DNA of 62,260 nt from Candidatus Adlerbacteria bacterium (GTDB lineage: Bacteria > Patescibacteriota > Minisyncoccia > Phycocordibacterales > SBAW01). The notes under the pieces were generated by a model. It was not told the origin of the DNA. It searched no databases and saw nothing but the letters and a program-made list of their open reading frames with translations. The stretch's first letter is position 1. Every line of letters begins with the position of its first letter. Of the stretch, positions 34,650 through 46,469 are shown piece after piece. The position numbers and the translations under genes were made by a program. The stretch spans positions 1 through 62,260 of the forward strand of contig CAIJFH010000035.1 of NCBI GenBank assembly GCA_903819895.1, written 5' to 3'.

Positions 34650-35846
34650 ATGATGAAAGCGAAACGGCTCTACCTCGACGCGGCGGCGGCAACGCCGCTC
34701 TCTGCCCGCGTGCGCAAAGAGCTTGTGCGGCTGTTGGATGTGTATGGCAACTCGGGCGCGCTCCACCAAGAGGCCGTGGCGGCAAAAAAGGAATTGGATG
34801 CTGCGCGCACAGGGGTGGCAACGGCAATCGGCGCACATTCTGATGAAATTATTTTCACCGCGAGCGGCACCGAGGGCAACAACTTGGCGATTGACGGCAC
34901 CCTGCGCCATCTACTCCACGAGCATGGCGAGCTGCACGCGGTCACCACGGCAATCGAGCATGCGTCGGTGCTCGAGCCCCTGCGCGCGCTCGAGAGCGAT
35001 GGGTTGTACCTAACCGAGCTGCCCGTCGACCACGAGGGATTGATTTCGACCACCGGACTTGCCGAGGCGATTAACGACGAGACGGTGTTTGTCTCGGTGC
35101 AGCTGGTCAACAGCGAGGTGGGCACGATCGAGCCCTTGCGCGAAGTGGCAAAAGTGATTCGCCATGCGCGAAAAGAACGACTGGCACAAAAAAATCCGCT
35201 GCCGCTGTACTTGCATTGCGACGCATCGCAGGCGCCGCTGTGGCTGCCCATCGCAGTCGACTCGCTTGGGGTCGACCTGCTCACGCTTGATGCGCAAAAA
35301 GTCCAAGGGCCAAAAGGTGTTGGCGCGCTGTATGTGCGGCGACACACGCAGATCGGCCCCGTGATCCGCGGTGGCGTGCAAGAGTTTGGCCTGCGCGGCG
35401 GCACACCCAACGTGCCACTGGCGGGCGCATTTGCCGTGGCACTTGCCGACGCCGCAGCAGGTGTCGAGGAGCGCGCCCGCAAGGTAGCAGCCGTGCGCGA
35501 CGCGCTGTGGAGCGATATACAAAAAGCAGTGCCGGATGCAGTGCTCAATGGGCCACACGTCGGGACAAATCGGGTTGCAAACAATCTCAATATTTCCATA
35601 CCAGGGCTGGACGCCGAGATGTGCGTGATCGCACTCGACGCCGAGGGCATCGCCGCCTCGACACGCTCGGCATGCAAGACCGACAACACCGAGCCATCAC
35701 ACGTCATCAACGCGCTCGGCACGCCGCGCGAGCTGGCACAGACCGCAGTCCGGCTCACGCTCTTGCCTACAACCACGCGCGCCGACACACGAGGCGTCGC
35801 CACGACGCTTGCCAACATTGCGAAACGATACCGAAACGTCGTATAA
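34650..35846 (+). CDS. Cysteine desulfurase (class V aminotransferase, NifS/IscS-like)
   Basis: YLDAAAATP, FTASGTEGNNLAI, LHCDASQA, DAQKVQGPKGVGALY (PLP lysine), SACKT active-site Cys. Confidence 0.9.
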   Translation: MMKAKRLYLDAAAATPLSARVRKELVRLLDVYGNSGALHQEAVAAKKELDAARTGVATAIGAHSDEIIFTASGTEGNNLAIDGTLRHLLHEHGELHAVTTAIEHASVLEPLRALESDGLYLTELPVDHEGLISTTGLAEAINDETVFVSVQLVNSEVGTIEPLREVAKVIRHARKERLAQKNPLPLYLHCDASQAPLWLPIAVDSLGVDLLTLDAQKVQGPKGVGALYVRRHTQIGPVIRGGVQEFGLRGGTPNVPLAGAFAVALADAAAGVEERARKVAAVRDALWSDIQKAVPDAVLNGPHVGTNRVANNLNISIPGLDAEMCVIALDAEGIAASTRSACKTDNTEPSHVINALGTPRELAQTAVRLTLLPTTTRADTRGVATTLANIAKRYRNVV

Positions 35847-35854
35847 TACGCTCA

Positions 35855-36661
35855 ATGGATCTTGAGCAAATGACACGACATCAAATCATTTTGCTCGCAC
35901 TGCTCGTGAGCTTTATGACCTCCATCGTGACCGGCATCGTCACGGTGTCTCTCATGGGCCAAGCACCCACGTCGGTGACGCGCACGATCAACCAAATTGT
36001 CGAGCGCACCGTGCAGACGGTCGTCCCCGCACAAAGCGCCGCGGTGGTCACCACCACCAAAAACGTCGTGGTCAACAACGACGACCTCGTTGCCAAATCG
36101 ATTGCGCAGGTTCAAAAAGGTATTATCCGCATCACCGCGCGCGGCGGCAAGGATTTGCTGGCACGCGGCATCATTGTTGATGCAAAAGGTACTGCATTGA
36201 CCGACGCTGTGGCACTTGCCTCCTCGGGCGCCGAGGCGTTTGACGCAATCCTCTCCGACGGGACACGCGTACCCTTGACTATCCGTCAAAACAGCGGTAC
36301 ATCTACTAGCATCGCGACCGTTGATGTCGCTGTCGGCACCTCGACCGGCTTTGCCCCGGTGGCGATCACCAACCCTGCCAAGCTGCAACTGGGCCAAAGC
36401 GTCATCCGTATCGGCGGCAGCGGTGTCGACTCGGTCGCCGAGGGCGTGGTTGCGACACTCCCCAACACCACCGACACTGCTGCCACTATCGAGACCAGTG
36501 TCTCGTCGGCAACCCCGGGCGCCGTGCTGTGCACCCTGTTTGGCGAGGTAATCGGCATCGCCACAGACGACTCGCTCTCGCAGGGCAGCGACTTCTACAC
36601 CATCGCGACGCCTCCCCCGCCTGCGGCACCAAAAGCACCGGCAACGACTCCAAAACCGTAA
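35855..36661 (+). CDS. Membrane-anchored trypsin/HtrA-like protein with apparently degenerate catalytic triad
   Basis: Track ORF 35507..36661 trimmed to MDLEQMTRH (TATAAT + 7 nt). S1C-like layout, but SATPGA sits where GNSGG is expected. Confidence 0.7.
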   Translation: MDLEQMTRHQIILLALLVSFMTSIVTGIVTVSLMGQAPTSVTRTINQIVERTVQTVVPAQSAAVVTTTKNVVVNNDDLVAKSIAQVQKGIIRITARGGKDLLARGIIVDAKGTALTDAVALASSGAEAFDAILSDGTRVPLTIRQNSGTSTSIATVDVAVGTSTGFAPVAITNPAKLQLGQSVIRIGGSGVDSVAEGVVATLPNTTDTAATIETSVSSATPGAVLCTLFGEVIGIATDDSLSQGSDFYTIATPPPPAAPKAPATTPKP

Positions 36662-36678
36662 TACTGTAGTATATACCT

Positions 36679-39390
<2,712 letters not shown>

Positions 39391-39422
39391 ATCTTGCCCA
39401 TATAAAATGCTATAGTGTTGTC

Positions 39423-39797
39423 ATGAGCAGAAGGTTGCTTCGCACACTACTCCCATCTCTATTGATTACTGCATTTTTGCTGTGCAGTGTTGGGCATGCG
39501 GTGATTTCTGGCATGTCTATGTCCGACATGCCGATGCATGAGCAGCAACACACCGGGCAGCGGGGCGAGATGACATATCAAGACCATTATGCGCAGATGA
39601 CCAGCGTGCCACGGTTGACGCTTGCGCTTTCGATACTCGCACTCGTGTGGCTTCTCGTGCTGCTCTTTTCAGTCACAGCGGCACTTCGTCTCCCTGTTTC
39701 GACAAGGTTTGTTTCATGGCTCTACACTCGCCCACCAGACCTTGTCCGTTGGTTAGCACGTAACGCCCTTAGTCCGCCTTGGCGAGTAGTCCTCTAG
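39423..39797 (+). CDS. Hypothetical membrane protein with Met/His-rich loop
   Basis: TATAGT + 6 nt upstream of the ATG. Signal/TM, MSMSDMPMHEQQH, second TM. Confidence 0.55.
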   Translation: MSRRLLRTLLPSLLITAFLLCSVGHAVISGMSMSDMPMHEQQHTGQRGEMTYQDHYAQMTSVPRLTLALSILALVWLLVLLFSVTAALRLPVSTRFVSWLYTRPPDLVRWLARNALSPPWRVVL

Positions 39798-39825
39798 ATT
39801 ACTCATCTATTCTTCGTATCATCTC

Positions 39826-40338
39826 ATGACAATGACTCACTATATGGAGCTGCTTGCCACCGTGCAGCCGTGGCATCTGCTCTTGTTTATGGCGGTTCCT
39901 GTTATCCTCGCAGAGACCATCGCAGTCAGCGAGCTCTACTTGCTGTTTACGCGGAATCTCTCTGGCGGGGTGGCGCGTCTGAGCCACTACTGCGGCATCA
40001 TGGCTGGCGCGTACTTCTTGGGCGTGTTTGTGTATCTCAGCACGAACGTTGTCGTACCGCTCACGACAGGTGGCGGATGGCGCGGTCCTGCAGACATAAT
40101 CGCGGTGCTCTTTTACCTTTTGGGTGTTGTGCCGCTTGGCGGCATTGCGCTCTTGGAGGTTGGCGTGTTGGGAAAAGGTACGGACACCGAGAGTCGCTTG
40201 AAGATGCACGCAGCGTTTGTCGCACTGTTTTTGGTGGTCGCGCATGTGGCAATGATCTTTGGCATGCTCAACCCCGAGGTGCTTGGGTGGACGCCACTCC
40301 CCACACCATCTGAGCAGGTAGCACCGATGCAGATGTAG
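39826..40338 (+). CDS. Integral membrane protein, unknown function
   Basis: Five hydrophobic helices. Confidence 0.6.
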   Translation: MTMTHYMELLATVQPWHLLLFMAVPVILAETIAVSELYLLFTRNLSGGVARLSHYCGIMAGAYFLGVFVYLSTNVVVPLTTGGGWRGPADIIAVLFYLLGVVPLGGIALLEVGVLGKGTDTESRLKMHAAFVALFLVVAHVAMIFGMLNPEVLGWTPLPTPSEQVAPMQM

Positions 40339-40365
40339 CGGCGCAGATTCAAAACCAAGTCGCAG

Positions 40366-40400
40366 AAAATCCCCAGCATGGTGCTGGGGATTTTCTTTTT
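40366..40400 (+). terminator. Strong intrinsic terminator
   Basis: aaaatccccagca tgg tgctggggatttt, 13-bp stem plus T-run. Confidence 0.9.
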
Positions 40401-40408
40401 CTCTATTC

Positions 40409-40516
40409 TTCTCTGTCGGGCCGCCGGGAGGGCTACCTGTGATAGACCTTGTTCTTTTTTGGTCACGCCGGGAGGACTACCTGTGATAGACCTCACTCTC
40501 TGTCGGGCCGCCGGGA
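40409..40516. repeat. att-like direct repeats: the 3' end of tRNA-Pro is duplicated 87 nt downstream, enclosing a degenerate tandem unit
   Basis: 21-mer tctctgtcgggccgccggga at 40409-29 and 40496-516. 27-mer gccgggag(g/a)(g/c)... ctacctgtgatagacct at 40423-49 and 40467-93 (1-2 mismatches). Confidence 0.8.
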
Positions 40517-40573
40517 ATCGAACCCGGTCTACATCCACCCCATGGACGCGTACTACCGGTATACTACGGCCCG
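40503..40573 (-). tRNA. tRNA-Pro (anticodon GGG), CCA not encoded
   Basis: Reverse complement CGGGCCG ... ATGGGGT ... CCGGGTTCGATTCCCGG ... CGGCCCGA. Confidence 0.85.
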
Positions 40574-40599
40574 TATAGCACAGCGATTGTACCGTGTTT

Positions 40600-41202
40600 C
40601 TAGGCAGAAATCCACGGGATCGGGAACTTCGCAAACTCGGGCAGAAGTTTTTTGTCATACAGGAGGCGCGAGATCACCTCGGCATGGCTTTTGGCACCGG
40701 TCAGCGCGTTGTGGGGTTTCGGCTCCTCGGGGATGCCGCAGTAGTTGAGCACTGCGTCGAGGTTGAGCGCGGAGTGTTTTTTGACAGGGTCAATGGGCGG
40801 AGTCAACCCGCGCTTGACCATGTGCATGTAGCACAGCGAGTGCGTGTCGATTGTGCGATGTGCAAACGGCCACGCAGTGTGCCCCGCGCGCGCCGCAGCT
40901 GCTTTGAGAAAGTCGCGATCAAACGAGACATTTTGCCCCGCGAGTGTGCGGTCGTCGAGTGTCTCAGCAAATGCGAGGAATTTGTGTGTCACATCCGCCT
41001 CGCTCTGTTTGCTGGGGTCAGTAATTGCCGCATCGCTTTGCCCATGCACCGCGGTGGCACCCGGCTCGATATGTGCGCCGTCCCAAATGCGACACTCTTT
41101 GTAGAACTGATGCTCGGGGCGCGACAGGTCGAGCGCACCCACACTAATGATGGAGCACGTTTGATAATCAACTCCGCTGGCTTCGACATCAACAACAAGC
41201 AT
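40600..41202 (-). CDS. DEDD-family 3'-5' exonuclease (DnaQ/RNase T-like)
   Basis: VVDVEASG (DxE), NVSFDRDFL, HNALTGAKSHAE. Confidence 0.8.
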   Translation of the reverse strand: MLVVDVEASGVDYQTCSIISVGALDLSRPEHQFYKECRIWDGAHIEPGATAVHGQSDAAITDPSKQSEADVTHKFLAFAETLDDRTLAGQNVSFDRDFLKAAAARAGHTAWPFAHRTIDTHSLCYMHMVKRGLTPPIDPVKKHSALNLDAVLNYCGIPEEPKPHNALTGAKSHAEVISRLLYDKKLLPEFAKFPIPWISA

Positions 41203-41262
41203 ACGTAATGGGTTTGTTAGTTACTAAAATAACATCTGTTGTACCAAGGACAGTCCTTTGTA

Positions 41263-41718
41263 TTACTTACAGCCGCTCGCGAGCGTGTATCCGGCCGCTT
41301 GCGCATCCACCGCAGATGCAAACCACACCCGGTTGGCAACCTTGATGCGCGACACACCCGAGCAGCCCGCCGGATAGTACTTGGTCCCGTTTTTGGATGC
41401 AACAAAGTTGTGTGCCACATCGGCAGTGGTGCTCGCAGCCGCCGACAGCTGCTCGGATGATGCAGGTGTTGGGGTCGCAAGCATCCTCGCTTGCTCATCT
41501 ACAGCAAGACCACCTACAGCACTTGCAGCAACTGTCGCCGATTGTCCACCCTCGAGTGCCGCTGGCGCGTATATTTTGAGCGCTCCTTTGGCTTCTTCGA
41601 TTGCCGACAGCCGCCCGAGGCCAAACGCCCCCACCCCGACCAAGACAACGACCACTGGGGTGGCACACTGCCGGGCCTTGTCTAATAGAACACTCTTTGG
41701 TATGCTAAACCGCGTCAC
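41263..41718 (-). CDS. Membrane-anchored protein with C-terminal Cys-containing small domain (Ada-like/sunset-type, recalled)
   Basis: TM, low-complexity linker, FVASKNGTKYYPAGCSGVSRIKVANRVWFASAVDAQAAGYTLASGC. Confidence 0.65.
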   Translation of the reverse strand: MTRFSIPKSVLLDKARQCATPVVVVLVGVGAFGLGRLSAIEEAKGALKIYAPAALEGGQSATVAASAVGGLAVDEQARMLATPTPASSEQLSAAASTTADVAHNFVASKNGTKYYPAGCSGVSRIKVANRVWFASAVDAQAAGYTLASGCK

Positions 41719-41733
41719 ATTAATTAGTATACT

Positions 41734-42015
41734 ATGGCATCCAAAAAAGCGGGCGGCACAGCGAAAAACCTAACTGACTCCAATCCGAAATACCTCGGCG
41801 TGAAGCTCTTTGCTGGTCAAAAGGCACAGCCGGGCGATATCATCGTCCGCCAGCGCGGCACCAAGATGCTCCCGGGCAAGAACGTCGGCCTTGGTAAAGA
41901 TCACACCATTTTTGCACTCCAAAACGGCGTGGTCGCCTTTCGCAATGTCCGCAAAGTCGGCTACGACGGCCACAAGACCACCCGCTCGGCAGTCGATGTC
42001 GTCGTCGCACAGTAA
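41734..42015 (+). CDS. rpmA: 50S ribosomal protein L27
   Basis: [26 protein letters not shown] ... IIVRQRGTK. Confidence 0.95.
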   Translation: MASKKAGGTAKNLTDSNPKYLGVKLFAGQKAQPGDIIVRQRGTKMLPGKNVGLGKDHTIFALQNGVVAFRNVRKVGYDGHKTTRSAVDVVVAQ

Positions 42016-42043
42016 ACTATCTCCTTGCGCGTTTTAGATACTA

Positions 42044-42073
42044 CCCGCAGGCAAGCGGGTTTTATTTATTTTG
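42044..42073. terminator. Bidirectional terminator between rpmA and the FAD oxidase gene
   Basis: acccgc aggcaa gcgggt followed by tttatttatttt. Confidence 0.8.
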
Positions 42074-43781
42074 TACTTGACGTCGCCGGTGGCAGGTCGA
42101 GTTTGGCGAGCGCGTCGGTGTAGGTGAGGCCAACTTTTTTGCCAGGGTTAAAGATGTTGTGCGGGTCGAATATTTTTTTGATATCAAGGAAGAGCCCGTA
42201 CATATCGCGGCCAAACATCTTTTCGACATAGGGCGTGCGCACCAGGCCGTCGTTGTGCTCGCCCGTGATCGACCCACCATAGAGCAGCACGAGGTCGTAC
42301 ACTTTGTGCGACAACTCGTCGATGATGCCGCGCACGGTTTGGTCCTTTGGGTCGACCAACGGGATGATGTGGAAGTTGCCATCGCCTACATGCCCCGCGA
42401 TGGTGTGCGTCAACTGTGGATACTTGTCGAGTATTTTTTCTAGTTTTGGCAAAAACTCAGGCATCACCATCGGAGGCACCACAAAGTCGTCGATAAATGG
42501 TGCTGTGCGCATCCCGCGCACCTTTTGTCGCAAGAGATTAAAACTCTCGCGGCGGATGACCCAATACTTGCGTGCTTGGCGCTCATTTTTAGCAACACGC
42601 ACGCCAACGTGCGGCTGTGTTTCGCGGATTTCCTTTGCCAATTTTTTTGCTGCAACGAGCGCTTCCTTTTGCGTATCGGCGCGAAACTCGGCGAGCAGCA
42701 CCAGCTTGGGCACGCCACCGGTGAGCACCATCCACACCTCGGGCAAAAAGGAAAACCCGAGCGAGATGATCCCTGCCTTCATCTGCTTGGCAAACTCGGG
42801 GAAATATTTTGTCCCAAGTTTAAACGTGTTGTCATCGTACGACTCAAAGCTGTCTGGCTTGCTCATCAACACCTGCGGCACCAAGGCGCCGAGCTCGGAT
42901 AGGTTGTCGAGAAAGAGCACCGTCATCGCCGCGTAGGGCTTGGGGTGCACCAGCGAATATTTTATTTTAGTAATGATGCCAAGCGTCCCCTGCGCGCCCA
43001 CCTGGAGCCGCGCCAAGTTGAGCCACGGCTCGCCACCACCCGTGCCCTCTGGGTCGCCAATGTCCCACAGCGCATAGCCGGACGAATTCTTCTCCACCTT
43101 GGGTGTCGCGTTTTTGATGATGTCGCGATGTGTGGTGACGAGCGCTGCGACCTTACGATACACATCGCCCTCGTACCCCACCTCTGCCAACTTTTGTTTG
43201 AGTTCATCACCTGCAATTTTTTTGAGCGTGTGCACCTGGCCGTCGCCGAGCACCACGTCGAGCTCCTCGACATAGCGCGCGGTCTTGCCGTATTTGAGAT
43301 TTTTCTCGCCACCCGAGTTATTGGCCGCCATGCCGCCCACGGTGTTTAGCTCGCGGCTCGCGGTGTAGCTGGGCAGCTCAAAGTTTTGCTTTTTTGTCTC
43401 TTTGTCGAAGTCGCGAAAGTACATCCCTGGCTCGACAGTGGCGACGCCCGATTTCTCGCCCTCACCTTGTTGCTCTTTTACTTCAACCAGATGATTGAGA
43501 TGCGCGGTCATGTCGACCACAACCGAGTTGTTGAGCGGCCCGCCCGACATGTCGGTGCCCGCCGAGCGCGCGGTCAGCGACACATGCGAGTCGGGCTGCT
43601 GCTCTTTTTGCAGCAACGCCCACTGCACCAGCGAGCACACATCTTGTGCATCCTTAGGGCGTACCACCACCTCGGGCACGACGCGGAACAAACTTGCATC
43701 ACGCGAGAATTGCTCCAGCAGCTCTGCCCCGTCCTCGACCTCGCCATGAATAACTTTTTGCAGTGATTCTTTGAGTGTCAT
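42066..43781 (-). CDS. FAD-linked oxidase (GlcD / D-lactate dehydrogenase-like) with long C-terminal domain
   Basis: FAD_binding_4-type N-terminus (RSAGTDMSGGPL), C-terminal HVGDGNFH motif. Confidence 0.88.
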   Translation of the reverse strand: MTLKESLQKVIHGEVEDGAELLEQFSRDASLFRVVPEVVVRPKDAQDVCSLVQWALLQKEQQPDSHVSLTARSAGTDMSGGPLNNSVVVDMTAHLNHLVEVKEQQGEGEKSGVATVEPGMYFRDFDKETKKQNFELPSYTASRELNTVGGMAANNSGGEKNLKYGKTARYVEELDVVLGDGQVHTLKKIAGDELKQKLAEVGYEGDVYRKVAALVTTHRDIIKNATPKVEKNSSGYALWDIGDPEGTGGGEPWLNLARLQVGAQGTLGIITKIKYSLVHPKPYAAMTVLFLDNLSELGALVPQVLMSKPDSFESYDDNTFKLGTKYFPEFAKQMKAGIISLGFSFLPEVWMVLTGGVPKLVLLAEFRADTQKEALVAAKKLAKEIRETQPHVGVRVAKNERQARKYWVIRRESFNLLRQKVRGMRTAPFIDDFVVPPMVMPEFLPKLEKILDKYPQLTHTIAGHVGDGNFHIIPLVDPKDQTVRGIIDELSHKVYDLVLLYGGSITGEHNDGLVRTPYVEKMFGRDMYGLFLDIKKIFDPHNIFNPGKKVGLTYTDALAKLDLPPATSSTK

Positions 43782-43823
43782 ATGTTGCTAGTATACCGCA
43801 CCTCTGCGCCAATCTTTCAACAC

Positions 43824-46376
43824 CTAAGCATCGAGCCGGTTGAGAAAACGACTCTTCATCATCTCAACAAAGAATAGATACGTGGACACCAGCACAATCA
43901 AGACAGCAAAGTATATTGCTGGTGGCGCGACAAAGCCGATGCTCGCGCCAATTGAGGTAAACGGGAGCGCAACCGACAGCGCGACCACGCCGAGGCATGA
44001 CCAGAGGAGCCAGTTGCTGGGGCGGCTGGTAAAAAATGGACGGCGCGCGGTGCGGATCACAAACACGACCAAAATCTCGGTCATTACCGACTCGATAAAC
44101 CAGCCGGTTTGGAAGAGCGCGCTGTGTGCCGCAAAACTCCCCGCGCCGTAGTATATCTGGATGATGAGAAACATCGCGCCAAAGGTGAGAAAGTCGTAGA
44201 CCGAACTAATCGGCCCAAAAAAGATCATGTACTTTTTGATAAAATCGATATTCCAATGCCGTGGTTTGATGAGCGCTTCGCGGTCGACGTTGTCGGTGGG
44301 GATGCTGAGTTGAGAGATATCGTACACGCCGTTGGTGAGCAAAATCTGCACTGGCTGCATGGGCAAGAATGGAAGAAAGAATGATGCGCCCGCGGCAGAA
44401 AACATGTTGCCAAAGTTGGAGCTCGTGCCCATCAAAATATACTTGAGCGTGTTGCTAAACGTGCGCCGCCCCTCCATAATCCCCTCCACAATGACATGCA
44501 ATCCGCGGTCGAGGAGCACAATCGATGCGGCCTCTTTGGCCACATCGACCGCGATGTTGACCGAGATACCAACGTCGGCACCACGCAGCGCGGTGATGTC
44601 GTTGATGCCGTCGCCCATAAAGCCGACAACATGGCCCGCGCCACGCAGCGTTTTGATAATGCGGAGTTTGTTGTCGGGCGTGAGGCGAGCAAAGATGTTG
44701 TGCGAGACGGCAACCGCCGCAAGCTGCTCGTCGGAGAGCACGTCGATCTCGGGACCGGTGATGACACCCGCAACCTGCATACCCACCTCGGCGCAAATTT
44801 TCTTGGTGACCGCCTCGTTGTCGCCCGTGACAATTTTGATCGCCACCTGCATATCGCGTAGGTCGCGCAGTGCCTGCTCGACCCCTTTCTTTGGCACATC
44901 AAGAAACGTGGTGTAGCCAAGCACTGCAAACCCCGGCACATCATCCCACGTGTACGCATCTTTTTTCTCGACCACCTTTGACGCGACCACCGAGACACGC
45001 AGGCCGTCGGCGTTGCACGCAGCAACCGTCGCGGCGAGTGCTGATGTGTCGCCACCCGCGCTGTGCGCGAGCATAAAATCCGGCGCTCCTTTTATATACA
45101 TCGTGCGGACATCTGCATCCTCGACCACGGTAAACATCGCCTTGCGCGTAAAATCAAACGGCTCTTCGTCGACCTTGGTCGCAGAGGCGCTTGGGGCAAT
45201 TTTGTTTGCCACGGCATACTTCCACAGCGCAGCGTCGATACCGTTGCCGACAATGTGGCCGTGCACCATGGCCGCGTTTGCATAGAGTGCCGCCACGAGC
45301 ACGGTGGCGTCTTGGGCGCCCTGCACATTTTTGTAGTCGACCAAGGTGATATTGCCCTCGGTGAGCGTGCCCGTTTTGTCGGTGCAGAGCACATCCATGT
45401 TGCCAAGATTCTCGATCGCAATCAGCTGCTTGGCGATCACCTTTTTCTTTGCCAACTTGCCCGCGCCATGCGCCAAACTAATGGTGACAATGACCGGCAG
45501 CAGCTCGGGCGTGAGCCCAACGGCGATCGCAAGTGCAAACAAGAGCGACTCGAGCAGCGCGTGCCCGAGCGCGAAGTTGATAATGAAAATAAACAGACAC
45601 AGCAGCAAAATGGTTTTGACCAGCAAGTTGCCAAAACTCGTGAGCCCTTTCTCAAACTCGGTTTGTGGTTTGGTAAACGCGGCGCTCTTGGCGATTTTGC
45701 CAAACTCGGTGTCTTGGCCGATACCAACTACGACACCCTTGCCCATTCCTGCGTCGACCGAGGTGCCCATAAACACACGATTGGACATCTCGGACAACGC
45801 GCGCGGTGTTGTGCCTTGATTACTCTCAAGCACTGCCGCCGTTTTGTACGTTGTCTTGGACTCGCCCGTAAGGGTCGACTCGTTCATCTGCAAGTCGTTC
45901 ACCGATATGAGCCGCAAGTCGGCAGGCGCGATGTCACCCTGCGACAAGAGCACCACGTCGCCGATAGTCACCTGGGCGACCGGCACCTGCTCGCGCACCC
46001 CACCGCGCAGGACAAACGCGGTCGCCGAGATGCGCTTGAGCAGCGCCTCGACCGTGCGCTCGGCGCCATACTCGTTCCAAAACCCGAGCCCGACACTCAG
46101 GAGAATCATGGCAAAGATATAATAGGAGCTAACATGCTGCCCCAACGCGTAGGAGATCGTCGTCGCGCCCGCGAGAATTAAAATCAGTGGGTTGCCCGTG
46201 CACTGGCGCAATAAAATTCCAAAGACAGACGTTGTCCGACGATTGAGCACATTCAGCCCATACTGCGCGTGATGCGCCGCCACCTCGGCAGCCGTGAGCC
46301 CACCCGCGCGCGAGCCCGTGCGCACCAACACCTCGTCGGCCGACAGCCGCTCCACCCCCGCCTCCATCGTCGTCAT
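43824..46376 (-). CDS. mgtA: Magnesium-translocating P-type ATPase
   Basis: DKTGTLT, TGDN, GDGINDITALRGADVGISV. C-terminal region collinear with MgtA by eye. Start trimmed to MTTMEAG (TACAAT + 8 nt). Confidence 0.92.
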   Translation of the reverse strand: MTTMEAGVERLSADEVLVRTGSRAGGLTAAEVAAHHAQYGLNVLNRRTTSVFGILLRQCTGNPLILILAGATTISYALGQHVSSYYIFAMILLSVGLGFWNEYGAERTVEALLKRISATAFVLRGGVREQVPVAQVTIGDVVLLSQGDIAPADLRLISVNDLQMNESTLTGESKTTYKTAAVLESNQGTTPRALSEMSNRVFMGTSVDAGMGKGVVVGIGQDTEFGKIAKSAAFTKPQTEFEKGLTSFGNLLVKTILLLCLFIFIINFALGHALLESLLFALAIAVGLTPELLPVIVTISLAHGAGKLAKKKVIAKQLIAIENLGNMDVLCTDKTGTLTEGNITLVDYKNVQGAQDATVLVAALYANAAMVHGHIVGNGIDAALWKYAVANKIAPSASATKVDEEPFDFTRKAMFTVVEDADVRTMYIKGAPDFMLAHSAGGDTSALAATVAACNADGLRVSVVASKVVEKKDAYTWDDVPGFAVLGYTTFLDVPKKGVEQALRDLRDMQVAIKIVTGDNEAVTKKICAEVGMQVAGVITGPEIDVLSDEQLAAVAVSHNIFARLTPDNKLRIIKTLRGAGHVVGFMGDGINDITALRGADVGISVNIAVDVAKEAASIVLLDRGLHVIVEGIMEGRRTFSNTLKYILMGTSSNFGNMFSAAGASFFLPFLPMQPVQILLTNGVYDISQLSIPTDNVDREALIKPRHWNIDFIKKYMIFFGPISSVYDFLTFGAMFLIIQIYYGAGSFAAHSALFQTGWFIESVMTEILVVFVIRTARRPFFTSRPSNWLLWSCLGVVALSVALPFTSIGASIGFVAPPAIYFAVLIVLVSTYLFFVEMMKSRFLNRLDA

Positions 46377-46469
46377 TAGTTTGTATTGTACACCATCTCT
46401 CACCATAAATAGTCAGAGGCGGCTGCATTGCTGCAACCGCCCCGTTTCGCACATATCCGCCGACTCAGC

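Noticed and set aside
40409-40516. A CRISPR-like array, suggested by the short tandem repeats.
   Set aside because: There are only two to three degenerate units. They derive from the tRNA-Pro 3' end, there is no spacer-repeat regularity, and there are no cas genes. No CRISPR array was seen anywhere in the window.
41734-42015. rpmA (L27) separated by 15 kb from rplU (L21), and parB without an adjacent parA, taken as signs of something unusual.
   Set aside because: This is plain gene-order scrambling, common in reduced genomes. Nothing in the sequence points to a specific mechanism.
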